Positions 26,044 through 36,112 of a stretch of 64,000 bases of DNA are shown piece after piece. The notes below the pieces were generated by a model. The model was not told where the DNA came from, ran no database searches, and saw nothing but the letters and a program-made list of their open reading frames with translations. The stretch is from Candidatus Omnitrophota bacterium (GTDB lineage: Bacteria; Omnitrophota; Gorgyraeia; 2-01-FULL-45-10). Positions within the stretch are counted from its first letter, which is position 1; each line of letters starts with the position of its first letter. The position numbers and the translations under genes were made by a program. Location of the stretch: positions 10 through 64,009 of the forward strand of contig JBAZNZ010000010.1 of the NCBI GenBank assembly GCA_041648975.1, written 5' to 3'.

Positions 26044-27417
26044 TCATACTTTTTTCCCGACCAGGTCGTACTCCAGCGCTTCGGTTATCCTGACATCGCA
26101 AAAACCGCCCACTTTTACGTTCTTGCCGGAAACGTGCGCCACGCCGTCCACCTCCGGGGCATCGCCCTGCGTGCGGCCTTCAAATATATCCTTCTCACCC
26201 TCCGTCTTATCATCAATCAGCACTTTGACCGTCCTGCCGATCAACCGTTTATTTTTGGAAAGCGAGATGCGCTGCTGCAGCTTCATGAGGCAGTCGAACC
26301 GCTCTCTCTTCACGCTCTCCGGGACCTGCCCTTTCATCTTCGCGGCCGCGGTCCCTTCCTCCCTTGAATAGATAAACGCGCCGCACCGCTCAAAAGCCGT
26401 CTCTTTCATAAAAGCCGTCAGTTCTTCAAAATCCCTGTCTGTCTCGCCGGGAAACCCGACTATTATCGAAGTCCTGAGGACCAGACCGCGAATGTCCTTC
26501 CTCAATTTTTCTATCAGGCGCGATATGTCCGCCCCGGTAGTCCGCCTGTTCATGCTTTTTAGGACCTTGTCCGAAATATGCTGTATCGGCAGGTCAAGAT
26601 ATTTACAGATCTTTTCTTCTTCACTTATGGCGGATATCAGCCCGTTCGTGTAGTGCGCGGGATGGGTGTACAAAATGCGGATCCACTCAACGCTGTTCTT
26701 AAGAGCGCATACCCTCCGCAACAACTCTTCCAGGCCCGCCTGCCACGCAAATGTTTTACTGCCGGCGGGCAGGCGCTTCTTGCCGTACCTGTCATAGCCG
26801 AACAGGGTCGTGTCCTGGCCGATCAGGTTCACCTCTTTCAACGTCCCCGAAACAGATAACTTCTTTATTTCGTTTATAACGGAATTTATCGGTCTCGACC
26901 TGAATGTGCCGCGTAACCGCGGGATTATACAATAACTGCAGTGGTTGCAGCAGCCCTCCGAGACCTTGACATAAGCGTAATGGCTCGGCGTCATCATATA
27001 TCTCGGAGTATTTTCGCTGTAAAGATAATTTGGCGCGCGCGATACGTGGGACCTCGGCTTTCCGCCCTTAAGGTTTTTGATAAGCCGCGGCAGTTCAGGG
27101 AAATCGCTTGAGCCGAGGAAGAGGTCGACTTCGGGAAGTTCGTCGATTAGCTTCTCTTTATACAACTGCGGCAGGCATCCGCACACGACGATGCGCTTTA
27201 TCCTGCCTTCTTTTTTCAGTTGGGATATTTCCAGGATCGCGTCGACCGACTCTTCCCTTGCCTGGCCGGTAAAGGAGCAGGTATTTATAACGCAGATATC
27301 TACTCCGCTCCCGACACCGGCAATCTTCAGACCCTGTTTTTTCAAAGAACCTGCTATCACTTCAGAGTCGAGCAGATTTCTGGCGCAGCCGAGGCTGATT
27401 ATTCCGACTTTGATCAT
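26044..27417 (-). CDS. rimO: Ribosomal protein S12 methylthiotransferase RimO (radical SAM MiaB family with TRAM domain)
   Basis: MIKVGIISLGCARNLLDSE N-terminus, radical-SAM CNHCSYCIIP, C-terminal TRAM domain. Confidence 0.8.
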   Translation of the reverse strand: MIKVGIISLGCARNLLDSEVIAGSLKKQGLKIAGVGSGVDICVINTCSFTGQAREESVDAILEISQLKKEGRIKRIVVCGCLPQLYKEKLIDELPEVDLFLGSSDFPELPRLIKNLKGGKPRSHVSRAPNYLYSENTPRYMMTPSHYAYVKVSEGCCNHCSYCIIPRLRGTFRSRPINSVINEIKKLSVSGTLKEVNLIGQDTTLFGYDRYGKKRLPAGSKTFAWQAGLEELLRRVCALKNSVEWIRILYTHPAHYTNGLISAISEEEKICKYLDLPIQHISDKVLKSMNRRTTGADISRLIEKLRKDIRGLVLRTSIIVGFPGETDRDFEELTAFMKETAFERCGAFIYSREEGTAAAKMKGQVPESVKRERFDCLMKLQQRISLSKNKRLIGRTVKVLIDDKTEGEKDIFEGRTQGDAPEVDGVAHVSGKNVKVGGFCDVRITEALEYDLVGKKV

Positions 27418-27483
27418 ATGGACGTTACGTAATGTTAATTAAGGTTACGTAAGGTTACTTTTCTCTTGGTAACATTACGTAAC
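27418..27483. repeat. Cluster of three GGTTACGTAAGG-type boxes (TTACGTAA palindrome core) in inverted orientation, rodZ-rimO spacer
   Basis: TTACGTAA at 27425, 27445 and 27475. Outer arms CGTTACGTAATGTTA / TAACATTACGTAACC form a 15-bp inverted repeat. Confidence 0.7.
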
Positions 27484-28326
27484 CTATTTTACCCTTATCC
27501 CTTTTCTCGTGATCTCGATATTTTCGACGACGCCTTTCCCGGGAGAAAAAGATTGGCCGTTAAGGCTGAGTTCTATCGATTCGGCCTTAGCGACATAGAT
27601 GTTAAAACTGTTTTTGGCGGTAAATGTCTCCACCGAGCCTTTTGGCATGACGCGTTTAAAGATCAGCCTGTCGTCGGCCTTCAACCCTATGAGGACAGCC
27701 TGTTTTACGGTCAGTGACAATTTTAACGGCGTATTTTTAGAAACTGTTATCCTGGGCGAGTCGGATCTATTGACTTCTTCTTTAGGGGCCTCTTTCCTGC
27801 TTGACGTTCTAGCCGGCGCCACATTAGACTTGCGCGCAGCAGTCTGCCTGGGAACAGTCTTTGCCGCCTTTACCGGCCTGGAGGCGTGGCTTAGCCTGAC
27901 TTCTTTGAGGAAATGCACAGCTTTGTTCCAGACAAAAGCAAATATGAATACCACTACTATAAATATTATGACGGATCTTGCGAAACGCATGAGCCCGCCG
28001 ATACTGAAGGACCTGTCTTCAAGCGGCGACGGCATGTTGATAACCTGGTTCTGTAATTCAGGGTGAACCGCCGCATAAGCCTTCTGCGTCTCTTTCTGGT
28101 CCAGACCCAAATACTGAGAATACTTTTTCAGGAAGCTCTTCACATACGTCGGCGTCAGCATTTCATCGCATCTTCCCTCTTCGAGAGCCCTGATGACGCT
28201 CGAATGTATGTGGGTATGCTTCTGGGTCTCCTCTATCGTAAGGCCCTTCTTTTCCCTGGCCTCTTTCAGCTTCTCGCCTAAGCCGGCCATGGAGATCGCG
28301 GTCGATTCAGTATTATTGGTTGCCAC
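27484..28326 (-). CDS. rodZ: RodZ-like cytoskeleton protein (N-terminal XRE-type HTH, TM helix, DUF4115-like C-terminus)
   Basis: LGEKLKEAREKKGLTIEETQKHTHIHSSVIRALEEG HTH, single hydrophobic helix, beta-rich C-terminal region. Confidence 0.55.
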   Translation of the reverse strand: MATNNTESTAISMAGLGEKLKEAREKKGLTIEETQKHTHIHSSVIRALEEGRCDEMLTPTYVKSFLKKYSQYLGLDQKETQKAYAAVHPELQNQVINMPSPLEDRSFSIGGLMRFARSVIIFIVVVFIFAFVWNKAVHFLKEVRLSHASRPVKAAKTVPRQTAARKSNVAPARTSSRKEAPKEEVNRSDSPRITVSKNTPLKLSLTVKQAVLIGLKADDRLIFKRVMPKGSVETFTAKNSFNIYVAKAESIELSLNGQSFSPGKGVVENIEITRKGIRVK

Positions 28327-30592
28327 TTTTTGCCTGATACTCCTCTAATGTCATAAGCAGGTCCCTGGGCTTGGATCCCTGATAAGGGCCTACTATCCCT
28401 TCATCCTCCATCATGTCTATGAGCCTCGCGGCCCTTGTATACCCCAAACCCAGTCTTCTCTGCAGGACAGATACAGACGCCTGTCCCGTCTCCAGTATCA
28501 TCTTCACTGCCTCTCCGTATACCTCGTCCTTCTCAAATTTCTTGAAACTCGTCTTCTTCTGGACTTCCAGTATGCCTTCGACGTATTCCGGCTGCCGCTG
28601 GCTCTTTATGAAGTTAGTTATGCTTTCGATCTCCTTATCGGAGATAAGGCTGCACTGCGCCCTGACTGGTTTTGCTGCGCCGGGTTCCACGAATAGCATG
28701 TCTCCTCTGCCCAGCAACTTGTCGGCTCCGTTCATATCCAGGACGGTCCTTGAATCGACTTTTGACGCGACCTTGAACGATATCCTGGCCGGGAAATTCG
28801 CTTTAATGACGCCGGTAATGACGTCGACCGACGGCCTCTGGGTAGCTATTATGATATGTATCCCAACCGCTCTTGAAAGCTGGGCCAGGCGCGTAATCGC
28901 CCCTTCGACATCGGCCTGCGCGACCATCATCAGGTCAGCCAACTCGTCGATTATTATAACTATATACGGCAGCCTCGCTCCGGCGCCATTGCCTGCCCCG
29001 CCCCTCGCCTCACTCCCGGCGGGGCCGAATTTAGCATTATAAAGGTCTATATTCCTTACACCGAATTTCGCGAAGAGCTCGTATCTCGAATCCATCTCGC
29101 TCACGACCCACGCAAGGGTGCTCTCCACCTTTTTGGTATCGGTCACAACCGGCGACAGTAGGTGCGGGAGACCGTTAAAAACGGCCAGCTCTACTCTTTT
29201 CGGATCGATCATTATGAATTTGACGTCTTCAGGCGTGGAATTATACAGCAGGCTCGTTATGATAGTATTGACGCAAACCGTCTTACCCGAACCGGTCGCG
29301 CCCGCGATCAGCAGGTGCGGCATAGTCGCAAGGTCCGCCACAACCGGCATGCCCGCTATATCTTTCCCTATACCGAGTTTCAACTTGGATCTCGAGTCCT
29401 TATATTCGGGTGAATCTATGACCTCCCTTAAATACACGAGCGCGCTCTTCGAATTCGGGACCTCAAAACCTACGGTGCCCTTTCCCGGTATTGGGGCCAC
29501 TATCCTTACACTCTGGGCTTTCATCGCGAGAGCTATGTTATCGCCAAGCGAAGTGATCCTGTGGAGTTTGACGCCGGGCGCAAGCTCAAGTTCGTATCTC
29601 GTTATAACGGGCCCTTTGTTTATCTCCACGACCTTGCCTTCGATGTCGAAATCCCTCAATGTCTCCTCCAGGATACGGGCATTGCCTTCAAAATCATCTT
29701 TTATCTTCCTTGATTCCATAGGCGGCGGAGAATCCAGGAGATCCAGTCCGGGAAGTATATATTTTGCGACGGGCGCGGAGGCGGCTGCCATGGACGGGAC
29801 TGCCGTTTTAACGGTCTCCTGGGACGGCGCCTTGACGGCTACCGCAACCCGCGGCGCGGGTTTTTTAACAACAACGTCTTTGCGCTCAGGCGGAAGGTTT
29901 ATCCTGATAGGGACTTCCCTCTCGGGTTTCCGGGCGATCGGCGGCCTTGCAGCTTGCGCCGCGGATTGTTTTTCACCGTTAGCGATCTTTATAACCGGCT
30001 TCCTTACCGTAAATAAAGGCTTATCGCGCCGCTCCGCAGCGCGTTCATCCGCGTTCTCTCCAAAAGCCTTTAGCCTCCCAAATAGCCCGGTAAGAAAAGG
30101 CAGCAGCAGGAATTCTGTGGCGAGAAGCACGGATAACAGGAATAATACCGCTATAATAAGGAGCGCTCCGCCCCTGCCCAGATATTTTACCAGGAAATCA
30201 GAAAAGACCAGGCCGGCAACGCCGCCGAGGCTGAAACGGAAAGAGTTGTCTCCCTTACCTATCAAGGAAAATATGGAGCTTGAGGCAAGTATGAGGAAGA
30301 ACGTGCCGAATATCTTGAAATATATCTTTTGAGGCGTAATGCCGGACAAACGCGCTACAGCCCATGAAAGTATGAGAAGCGGTATAACATATGAGCTAAG
30401 GCCCATCATGAAGATAAGGGCAGCGCCCAGGTAGACGCCGAAGAGCCCTGCAAAATTCCTGACCGGCACATTCGGCTTTGAAGTGAAAAGCTGTAGATCT
30501 GAAAAGCTGAAAGTGATGAGACTTATAAAAACGAGGATCGCCGCGGCGAATAATACGATAGCTTGTATCTCATTCCATCTTGTCTTGTCCAT
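28313..30592 (-). CDS. ftsK: DNA translocase FtsK
   Basis: N-terminal TM helices, Pro/Ala-rich linker, Walker A GATGSGKTVCVN, C-terminal gamma winged-helix domain. Confidence 0.9.
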   Translation of the reverse strand: MDKTRWNEIQAIVLFAAAILVFISLITFSFSDLQLFTSKPNVPVRNFAGLFGVYLGAALIFMMGLSSYVIPLLILSWAVARLSGITPQKIYFKIFGTFFLILASSSIFSLIGKGDNSFRFSLGGVAGLVFSDFLVKYLGRGGALLIIAVLFLLSVLLATEFLLLPFLTGLFGRLKAFGENADERAAERRDKPLFTVRKPVIKIANGEKQSAAQAARPPIARKPEREVPIRINLPPERKDVVVKKPAPRVAVAVKAPSQETVKTAVPSMAAASAPVAKYILPGLDLLDSPPPMESRKIKDDFEGNARILEETLRDFDIEGKVVEINKGPVITRYELELAPGVKLHRITSLGDNIALAMKAQSVRIVAPIPGKGTVGFEVPNSKSALVYLREVIDSPEYKDSRSKLKLGIGKDIAGMPVVADLATMPHLLIAGATGSGKTVCVNTIITSLLYNSTPEDVKFIMIDPKRVELAVFNGLPHLLSPVVTDTKKVESTLAWVVSEMDSRYELFAKFGVRNIDLYNAKFGPAGSEARGGAGNGAGARLPYIVIIIDELADLMMVAQADVEGAITRLAQLSRAVGIHIIIATQRPSVDVITGVIKANFPARISFKVASKVDSRTVLDMNGADKLLGRGDMLFVEPGAAKPVRAQCSLISDKEIESITNFIKSQRQPEYVEGILEVQKKTSFKKFEKDEVYGEAVKMILETGQASVSVLQRRLGLGYTRAARLIDMMEDEGIVGPYQGSKPRDLLMTLEEYQAKSGNQ

Positions 30593-30602
30593 TTCTTATC
30601 TC

Positions 30603-31361
30603 CTAAAACCGCACAATCACAATGAGCCCGACAATGATGCAATATACGCCGAACATATAAAATTTGTCGCTCCTGGCCATCTTCAACAGAAGTTTTATGG
30701 CGATGAGGCCTACGCACATCGCCGCAAGCCCTCCGGCAATAAACGTCAGCGGATCCTGGCCGGTAAGAGCGCCCGCTATCTTCCTGGCCTTAAATACTAT
30801 CGCCCCTAATACCGCGGGTATAGAGAGAAGGAATGAGAATCTTACGCATAACTCTTTATCCAGGCCCGCCAGGAACCCCGTAGCTATAGTAGCGCCGCTT
30901 CTTGATATTCCAGGAATTATCGCTATCCCCTGGGCAATTCCTATCAGTATAGAATCGGCTGCGGTCAACTCTTTCCTCGTCTCGATCTTCTTAGAAAACA
31001 ACACCGACGCTATCAACCACGCCCCGGTCACAAGAAGCATGTATCCAACGACTTTCGGCGCCGCAAACAGCCTCTCCGCCATATCCTTAAAAACGATCGC
31101 GATGATGAAAGTCGGTATCGAGGCGATAACCAGGAACAGCAGAAGCTTCCTCTCTTTCCCGAAAAGGGCCAATATCTCTTTTCGGAAGAACGCCAGTACA
31201 GCGACAAGCGTGCCGAAATGAAGAAATATGTCAAAAGCTATCTTGGATTCCTTCAGACCGAATATGCCCTGCAGCGCCACAAGATGTCCCGAGCTCGATA
31301 TAGGAAAAAATTCCGTTATACCCTGGACAATGCCGAGTATGATTGCCTGTGTAATAGTCAT
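30603..31361 (-). CDS. uppP: Undecaprenyl-diphosphatase
   Basis: MTITQAIILGIVQGITEFFPISSSGHLV and the second PISRSGATI motif. Confidence 0.9.
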   Translation of the reverse strand: MTITQAIILGIVQGITEFFPISSSGHLVALQGIFGLKESKIAFDIFLHFGTLVAVLAFFRKEILALFGKERKLLLFLVIASIPTFIIAIVFKDMAERLFAAPKVVGYMLLVTGAWLIASVLFSKKIETRKELTAADSILIGIAQGIAIIPGISRSGATIATGFLAGLDKELCVRFSFLLSIPAVLGAIVFKARKIAGALTGQDPLTFIAGGLAAMCVGLIAIKLLLKMARSDKFYMFGVYCIIVGLIVIVRF

Positions 31362-31465
31362 GCTGTAAGTTACGTAAGGTTATTGAAGGTTAAGTAAGGT
31401 TAGGGAACGTTACGTCGGCACCCTTACGTAACCTTACATAACATTCTCTACCCTTACGTAACATA
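31362..31465. repeat. Second cluster of GGTTACGTAAGG / CCTTACGTAACC boxes, dut-uppP spacer
   Basis: TTACGTAA at 31370, 31424 and 31454, plus variants TTAAGTAA (31390) and TTACGTCG (31409). Same box as 27418-27483. Confidence 0.7.
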
Positions 31466-31469
31466 TTAT

Positions 31470-31919
31470 TTAAGTCCCGCTATGCCCGAATCCGCCGTGC
31501 GATCTAGCGGTATCATCCAGTTCTTCCGTTTGCTTTACGTCGGCTCTGATGACCTCTTTTATGACCATCTGGGCGATCCGCATCCCCCGGCTTATTTTAA
31601 AAGGCTCTTTCCCGTGGTTTATCATTATGAGGCTCAATAGGCCTCTGTAGTCGGAATCTATCGTCCCGGGCGTATTGACCAGGCTTATGCCGTGTTTCAG
31701 GGCCAGCCCGCTTCGCGGCCTTATCTCGGCCTCGTAACCTTCCGGGATGCTTACATAAATGCCAGCCGAGATAAGTCTTATCTCGCCTGGCAATATGACA
31801 GCTTCAGCTTCGACGTCGGCCGCAAGATCCAACCCACTCGAACCCGCAGTGGCGTAAGCCGGCAACGGCAGGTCCTCGCAGCCATTCTTCTTTTTTATAA
31901 GGACATTTACTTTTTTCAA
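31470..31919 (-). CDS. dut: dUTP diphosphatase
   Basis: AGSSGLDLAA...RSGLALKHGI...GTIDSDYRG are Dut motifs. Confidence 0.9.
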   Translation of the reverse strand: MKKVNVLIKKKNGCEDLPLPAYATAGSSGLDLAADVEAEAVILPGEIRLISAGIYVSIPEGYEAEIRPRSGLALKHGISLVNTPGTIDSDYRGLLSLIMINHGKEPFKISRGMRIAQMVIKEVIRADVKQTEELDDTARSHGGFGHSGT

Positions 31920-34040
31920 CTCTTTTTGCGCCGGGAGGCGTTTTCATCGGACTCCGGCTTATAGTCGGGGTCAGCCTGTTTTTTAGACAGGTTCACCCTC
32001 CCCTGTTCGTCTATCTCTATTACCTTGACCGTGACCTCATCACCGACCTTCACTACGTCTTCGACGTTCTTCACGAACTTATTCGCCAGTTCAGAGACAT
32101 GTATCAAACCTTCCTTGCCGGGCATAATCTCGCAAAAAGCTCCAAAGTTCATTATACGCTTTACCTTCCCGCTGTATATCTTTCCGACCTCCGGCTCTTC
32201 GACCATCCCCTTGACGATATTGACGGCCTTTTCTATCGCCGCGCCATCCTGCGAAGCTATCTGCACGACGCCGTCATCGTCTATATCTATGGTAACACCG
32301 GTATCCTGTATTATCTTCTTTATATTCTTTCCGCCCGGCCCTATGACCTCCCCGATCTTCGATTGACTTATCTTGAAACTGACTATATGAGGAGCGAATT
32401 GCGATATAACGCCTTTGGGCCCCGATATCGCCTCTGCCATCTTGTCCAATATGAAGAGCCTGGACCTCTTACCGATCTCGAGGGCCTTCTTTATGACCGA
32501 CATGTCTATACCCTGGACCTTCAGGTCCATCTGAAGGGCCGTGATACCGTCTTTAGTCCCCGCGACCTTAAAGTCCATGTCGCCGTAATGGTCCTCGACC
32601 CCTCCTATATCCGTAAGAATGATCGGCTCTTTCCCATCCATAATAAGCCCTATCGCGATCCCGCTTACAGGCTTCGTTATCGGCACGCCCGCGTCCATCA
32701 ACGAAAGCGAACTCGCGCATACCGTAGCCATGCTCGAAGACCCGTTCGACTCCAATATCTCGGACACTACCCTGACCGTATACGGGAAATTCTCTTTGTT
32801 GGGCATTACAGCCTTCAGCGCTCTTTCCGCTAACGCGCCGTGGCCTATCTCTCTCCTGCCGGGACCTCTCATCGGCCTGGTTTCTCCGACGGAGAACGGA
32901 GGAAAATTATAATGCAGCATGAAGCTCTTCTGCGTCTCGCCCTCGAGGGCGTCTATCATCTGCTCGTCGGCGCTCGTCCCGAGCGTCGTGACCGACAGGC
33001 TCTGGGTCTGTCCGCGCGTGAATAGTCCCGATCCATGCGTCCTCGGCAGCACTCCGACCTCACACGTAATCTGCCTGATCTCATCGAAACGCCTGCCGTC
33101 TACGCGCTTCTTCTTCTCTATAATGAACTTACGCACCGCCTCTTCTTCTACAACGCTTAAGGCATTCTTGACGTCCTTCTCGCTGTATCCGGAATCTTCC
33201 GTGGCCAGCTTCTCCATCAGCTCCCTGGAGAGGTTGTCCATCGCTTCTTCCCTCTGCTCCTTGGTGCCGAGTATATTTATGTCGTTAAGTTTAGCGGCGG
33301 AGAATTTCTTAACCTCGGCGATAAGCTTTTCGTCTATCTTATAGAACGTTACTTCCCTCTTTTTCTTTCCGCACGCTTTTATCATCTTCTCCTGAAGATC
33401 CAGTATGGGCTGCAGGCTCTCATGCCCGAACTTGATCGCGGCGGCGAGGTCATCTTCGCTTATCTCGTTCGAACCCGACTCTACCATAATTATCGCGTCC
33501 CTCGACCCTGTCACTACAAGGTCCAGGTCGCTTGAGTTCAATTCCTGGAATGTCGGATTGATCACGAACTTCCCGTCAATCCTGCCCACTCTGACAGCCG
33601 CAATGGGTCCGCTGAACGGGATATCGGATATCGAAAGCGCCGTCGAAGCTCCTACCATGGCCAGGACATCGGAATCGTTCTCCCCGTCGCTCGACACCAC
33701 TATGGCGACCAGCTGCACTTCATTGATAAAACCTTCAGGGAATAGCGGCCTGATCGGCCTATCCATCAACCTTGCTGTAAGTATCTCTTTTTCAGACGGC
33801 CTCCCCTCACGCTTGAAAAATCCTCCAGGGATCTTCCCGGCGGCGTATGTCTTCTCCTGGTATTCGCAGGTAAGAGGGAAGAAGTCGATATCCTCCCTCG
33901 GTTTCTTTGAGCATACGGCGGTTACCCACAACAGTCCCACCGAGCTGGACCGTGCATGCCCCATCGGCCTGCTTGGCCATCCTGCCGGTCTCTATCACCA
34001 ATTCAGACTGCCCTAATTTAGTTTCGAATTTTTGTACCAT
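31916..34040 (-). CDS. pnp: Polyribonucleotide nucleotidyltransferase (PNPase); apparent +1 frameshift near 33925 splits it into a 77-aa and a 682-aa ORF
   Basis: N-terminal ORF MVQKFETKLGQSELVIETGRMAKQADGACTVQLGGTVV (frame 2) continues as VTAVCSKKPREDIDFFPLTCEYQEKTYAAGKIPGGFFKREGRPSE in frame 1. KH and S1 domains at the C-terminus. Confidence 0.85.
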
Positions 34041-34155
34041 TTTTTTCCTTTTCTTTGAGCGCAGATGACCGCAGATTAAAAGATAAAGATGACCACGGAT
34101 CTGTGATCATCTGCAAACATGTAAATGACTCTACTCTTCCGATAGTCTAAGGTTA
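34041..34155 (-). promoter_or_regulatory. rpsO-pnp intercistronic region with imperfect hairpin (candidate rpsO terminator / pnp leader RNase III-type stem) and T-rich tract
   Basis: Imperfect palindrome at 34087-34112 (AGATGACCACGGATCTGTGATCATCT) followed on the minus strand by TTTATCTTTT. Position matches the classical pnp autoregulatory leader. Confidence 0.35.
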
Positions 34156-34425
34156 TTATTTCCTCAGGTCCAACTTCTTGATAATATCCTGGTACCCTTT
34201 CGCGTCTGAACGCTTGAGGTACTCGAGGAGCCTTCTTCTCACGCTTACCATGCGAAGCAGACCCTGCCTCGAGTGATGGTCACGCTTGTGGTTCTTAAAA
34301 TGCCCTGAGAGGGAGTTGATCCTCTCGGTAAGCAGCGCGATCTGGACGCTCGGCGAACCCGTGTCCTTTTCGTGTCCCTTAAAGGTCTTTATTATCTCTT
34401 TCTTCTTCTCTTTAACCAATGCCAT
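34156..34425 (-). CDS. rpsO: 30S ribosomal protein S15
   Basis: [57 protein letters not shown]. Confidence 0.95.
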   Translation of the reverse strand: MALVKEKKKEIIKTFKGHEKDTGSPSVQIALLTERINSLSGHFKNHKRDHHSRQGLLRMVSVRRRLLEYLKRSDAKGYQDIIKKLDLRK

Positions 34426-34479
34426 TTTGCAATACCTCGCTTTTGCGTTATATTAACATATTCCTAAAATTTTGTAAAG

Positions 34480-35412
34480 TTATTTATATAATAATTTCTT
34501 GGCGGCCGTCACATCCTGTCTTATGCGTCTCATCAGTTCGCCGCGGTCGCTGAACTTTAACTCATCCCTTATCTTCTTTACAAACGATATTTCGAGATCC
34601 CTTCCGTAGATATTGCCGGTGAAGCCGAATATATGCGCTTCTATCGCGGTCTCCTCGTCCCTGGAGCCGTAAAAAGTCGGCCGTACGCCTATGTTCAGCA
34701 CACCCCTGTATGTCTTGCGGCCCAGGCGGACGGTAACGGCATATACGCCTGCCGGCGGCACGGCTTCATGGTGAGGGTTCACATTGGCTGTAGGATAGCC
34801 CAGCGCCCTTGCGATCCGGGAACCGCTGACTACCGTGCCGAGCACTGAAACAGGTCGGCCCAATATCCTGGAAGCGCCGGCAAGGTCTCCTTTTAATATT
34901 AGATCCCTGGCAAGGCTCGAGCTGGCTATCCGCCCCATTACCATGACCGGCCTTACCTCTATTACTTTTACGCCTAGAGACAGGGCCATATTCTTAAGCT
35001 TGCCGGTCCCTGCCTTCGCGCCCTTGCCGAAATAAAAATTCTCTCCGGCGTATATATATTTTACGCCTAGCCTGCCGGCCAGGACATCTTTAAGGAATTT
35101 CTCCGGCGAGAGACCGGAAAAATGTCTCGTGAATTTCAACACCACCGATATGTCCACCCCGCGTTCGGCTATGAGCCTCATCCTGTGATCCAGCGAAATA
35201 AGGCTGGGCACGTTGGGCCGGGGATACAGGACCTTTGCAGGATGAGGGTCGAACGTCAGGACGATACTCTTTAACCCCGAAGCCCTGGCGCGGGAAACGG
35301 CCATATCTATGATCTTCTTATGCCCGATATGGACCCCGTCGAATACGCCTATGGTCGCGACCGACCCGCATACGGGCTTCTCGATATGATGTAAACCGTA
35401 TATTACTTTCAT
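34480..35412 (-). CDS. ribF: Bifunctional riboflavin kinase / FMN adenylyltransferase
   Basis: MKVIYGLHHIEKPVCGSVATIGVFDGVHIGHKKII. The track ORF starts at GTG 35454; the ATG at 35412 aligns with RibF N-termini. Confidence 0.85.
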   Translation of the reverse strand: MKVIYGLHHIEKPVCGSVATIGVFDGVHIGHKKIIDMAVSRARASGLKSIVLTFDPHPAKVLYPRPNVPSLISLDHRMRLIAERGVDISVVLKFTRHFSGLSPEKFLKDVLAGRLGVKYIYAGENFYFGKGAKAGTGKLKNMALSLGVKVIEVRPVMVMGRIASSSLARDLILKGDLAGASRILGRPVSVLGTVVSGSRIARALGYPTANVNPHHEAVPPAGVYAVTVRLGRKTYRGVLNIGVRPTFYGSRDEETAIEAHIFGFTGNIYGRDLEISFVKKIRDELKFSDRGELMRRIRQDVTAAKKLLYK

Positions 35413-35416
35413 AAAT

Positions 35417-36100
35417 TCAACCCGCGCAATTAACGAGCCTCTTCTCCAGATCACCCATCCCGGAACCCAACAGCTCGTCCATCTTGACGGCCTTATCTAT
35501 CGTAAAAACGCCCGACCTCATCCTCTTCAGCTCGGAAAGATACGCGCCGCTGCCAAGAGATGCTCCGATATCCGCGCATAATTGCCGGACATACGTCCCC
35601 TTGGAACACGTGACGCTAAAATTGACCTTGGGAAGTTCTATCCTGGTTATATCGAACCGCTTGATATGGACCTTTCTCGGCTCACGCTTCACTTCTATTC
35701 CTTTTCGCGCAAGTTCATAAAGTTTCTTGCCCTGCAGTTTCACAGCCGAATACATCGGCGGCAGCTGCTCGATCTCTCCCATAAAACCGGCAAAGGCCTT
35801 CTTGACGTCCTCTTCTTCTATGTCCGCCGTTCTCCCGCCAGGAGTTATTTTACCCCACGCGTCGAGTGTATCCGACGTCGCGCCCAGGACGAGCGAGCCC
35901 TCGTAATCCTTGTCGTCGGAAATGAAACGCCCCGATAACTTCGTGCACTTCCCGATCAGCAGGACGAGGACGCCTGTCGCCATCGGGTCGAGCGTCCCGG
36001 CGTGGCCGGCCTTCTTAACCCGGAATTTTTTCCGCACGAGGTCCACGACGTCATGGCTCGTCATCCCCTGAGGTTTGTCTATTACCAGTATACCGTCCAT
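35417..36100 (-). CDS. truB: tRNA pseudouridine(55) synthase
   Basis: GILVIDKPQGMTSHDVV...KKAGHAGTLDPMATGVLVLLIG. Confidence 0.9.
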   Translation of the reverse strand: MDGILVIDKPQGMTSHDVVDLVRKKFRVKKAGHAGTLDPMATGVLVLLIGKCTKLSGRFISDDKDYEGSLVLGATSDTLDAWGKITPGGRTADIEEEDVKKAFAGFMGEIEQLPPMYSAVKLQGKKLYELARKGIEVKREPRKVHIKRFDITRIELPKVNFSVTCSKGTYVRQLCADIGASLGSGAYLSELKRMRSGVFTIDKAVKMDELLGSGMGDLEKRLVNCAG

Positions 36101-36112
36101 ACTTTTCCCTTT

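Noticed and set aside
27418-31465. TTACGTAA-box arrays as a CRISPR array
   Set aside because: Only three boxes per locus, alternating orientation, irregular 12-30 bp spacing, no cas genes.
26123-33344. Numerous + strand ORFs inside rimO, ftsK (for example 29118..30332, 404 aa), uppP and pnp
   Set aside because: Antisense shadows of well-supported minus-strand genes with strong family motifs.
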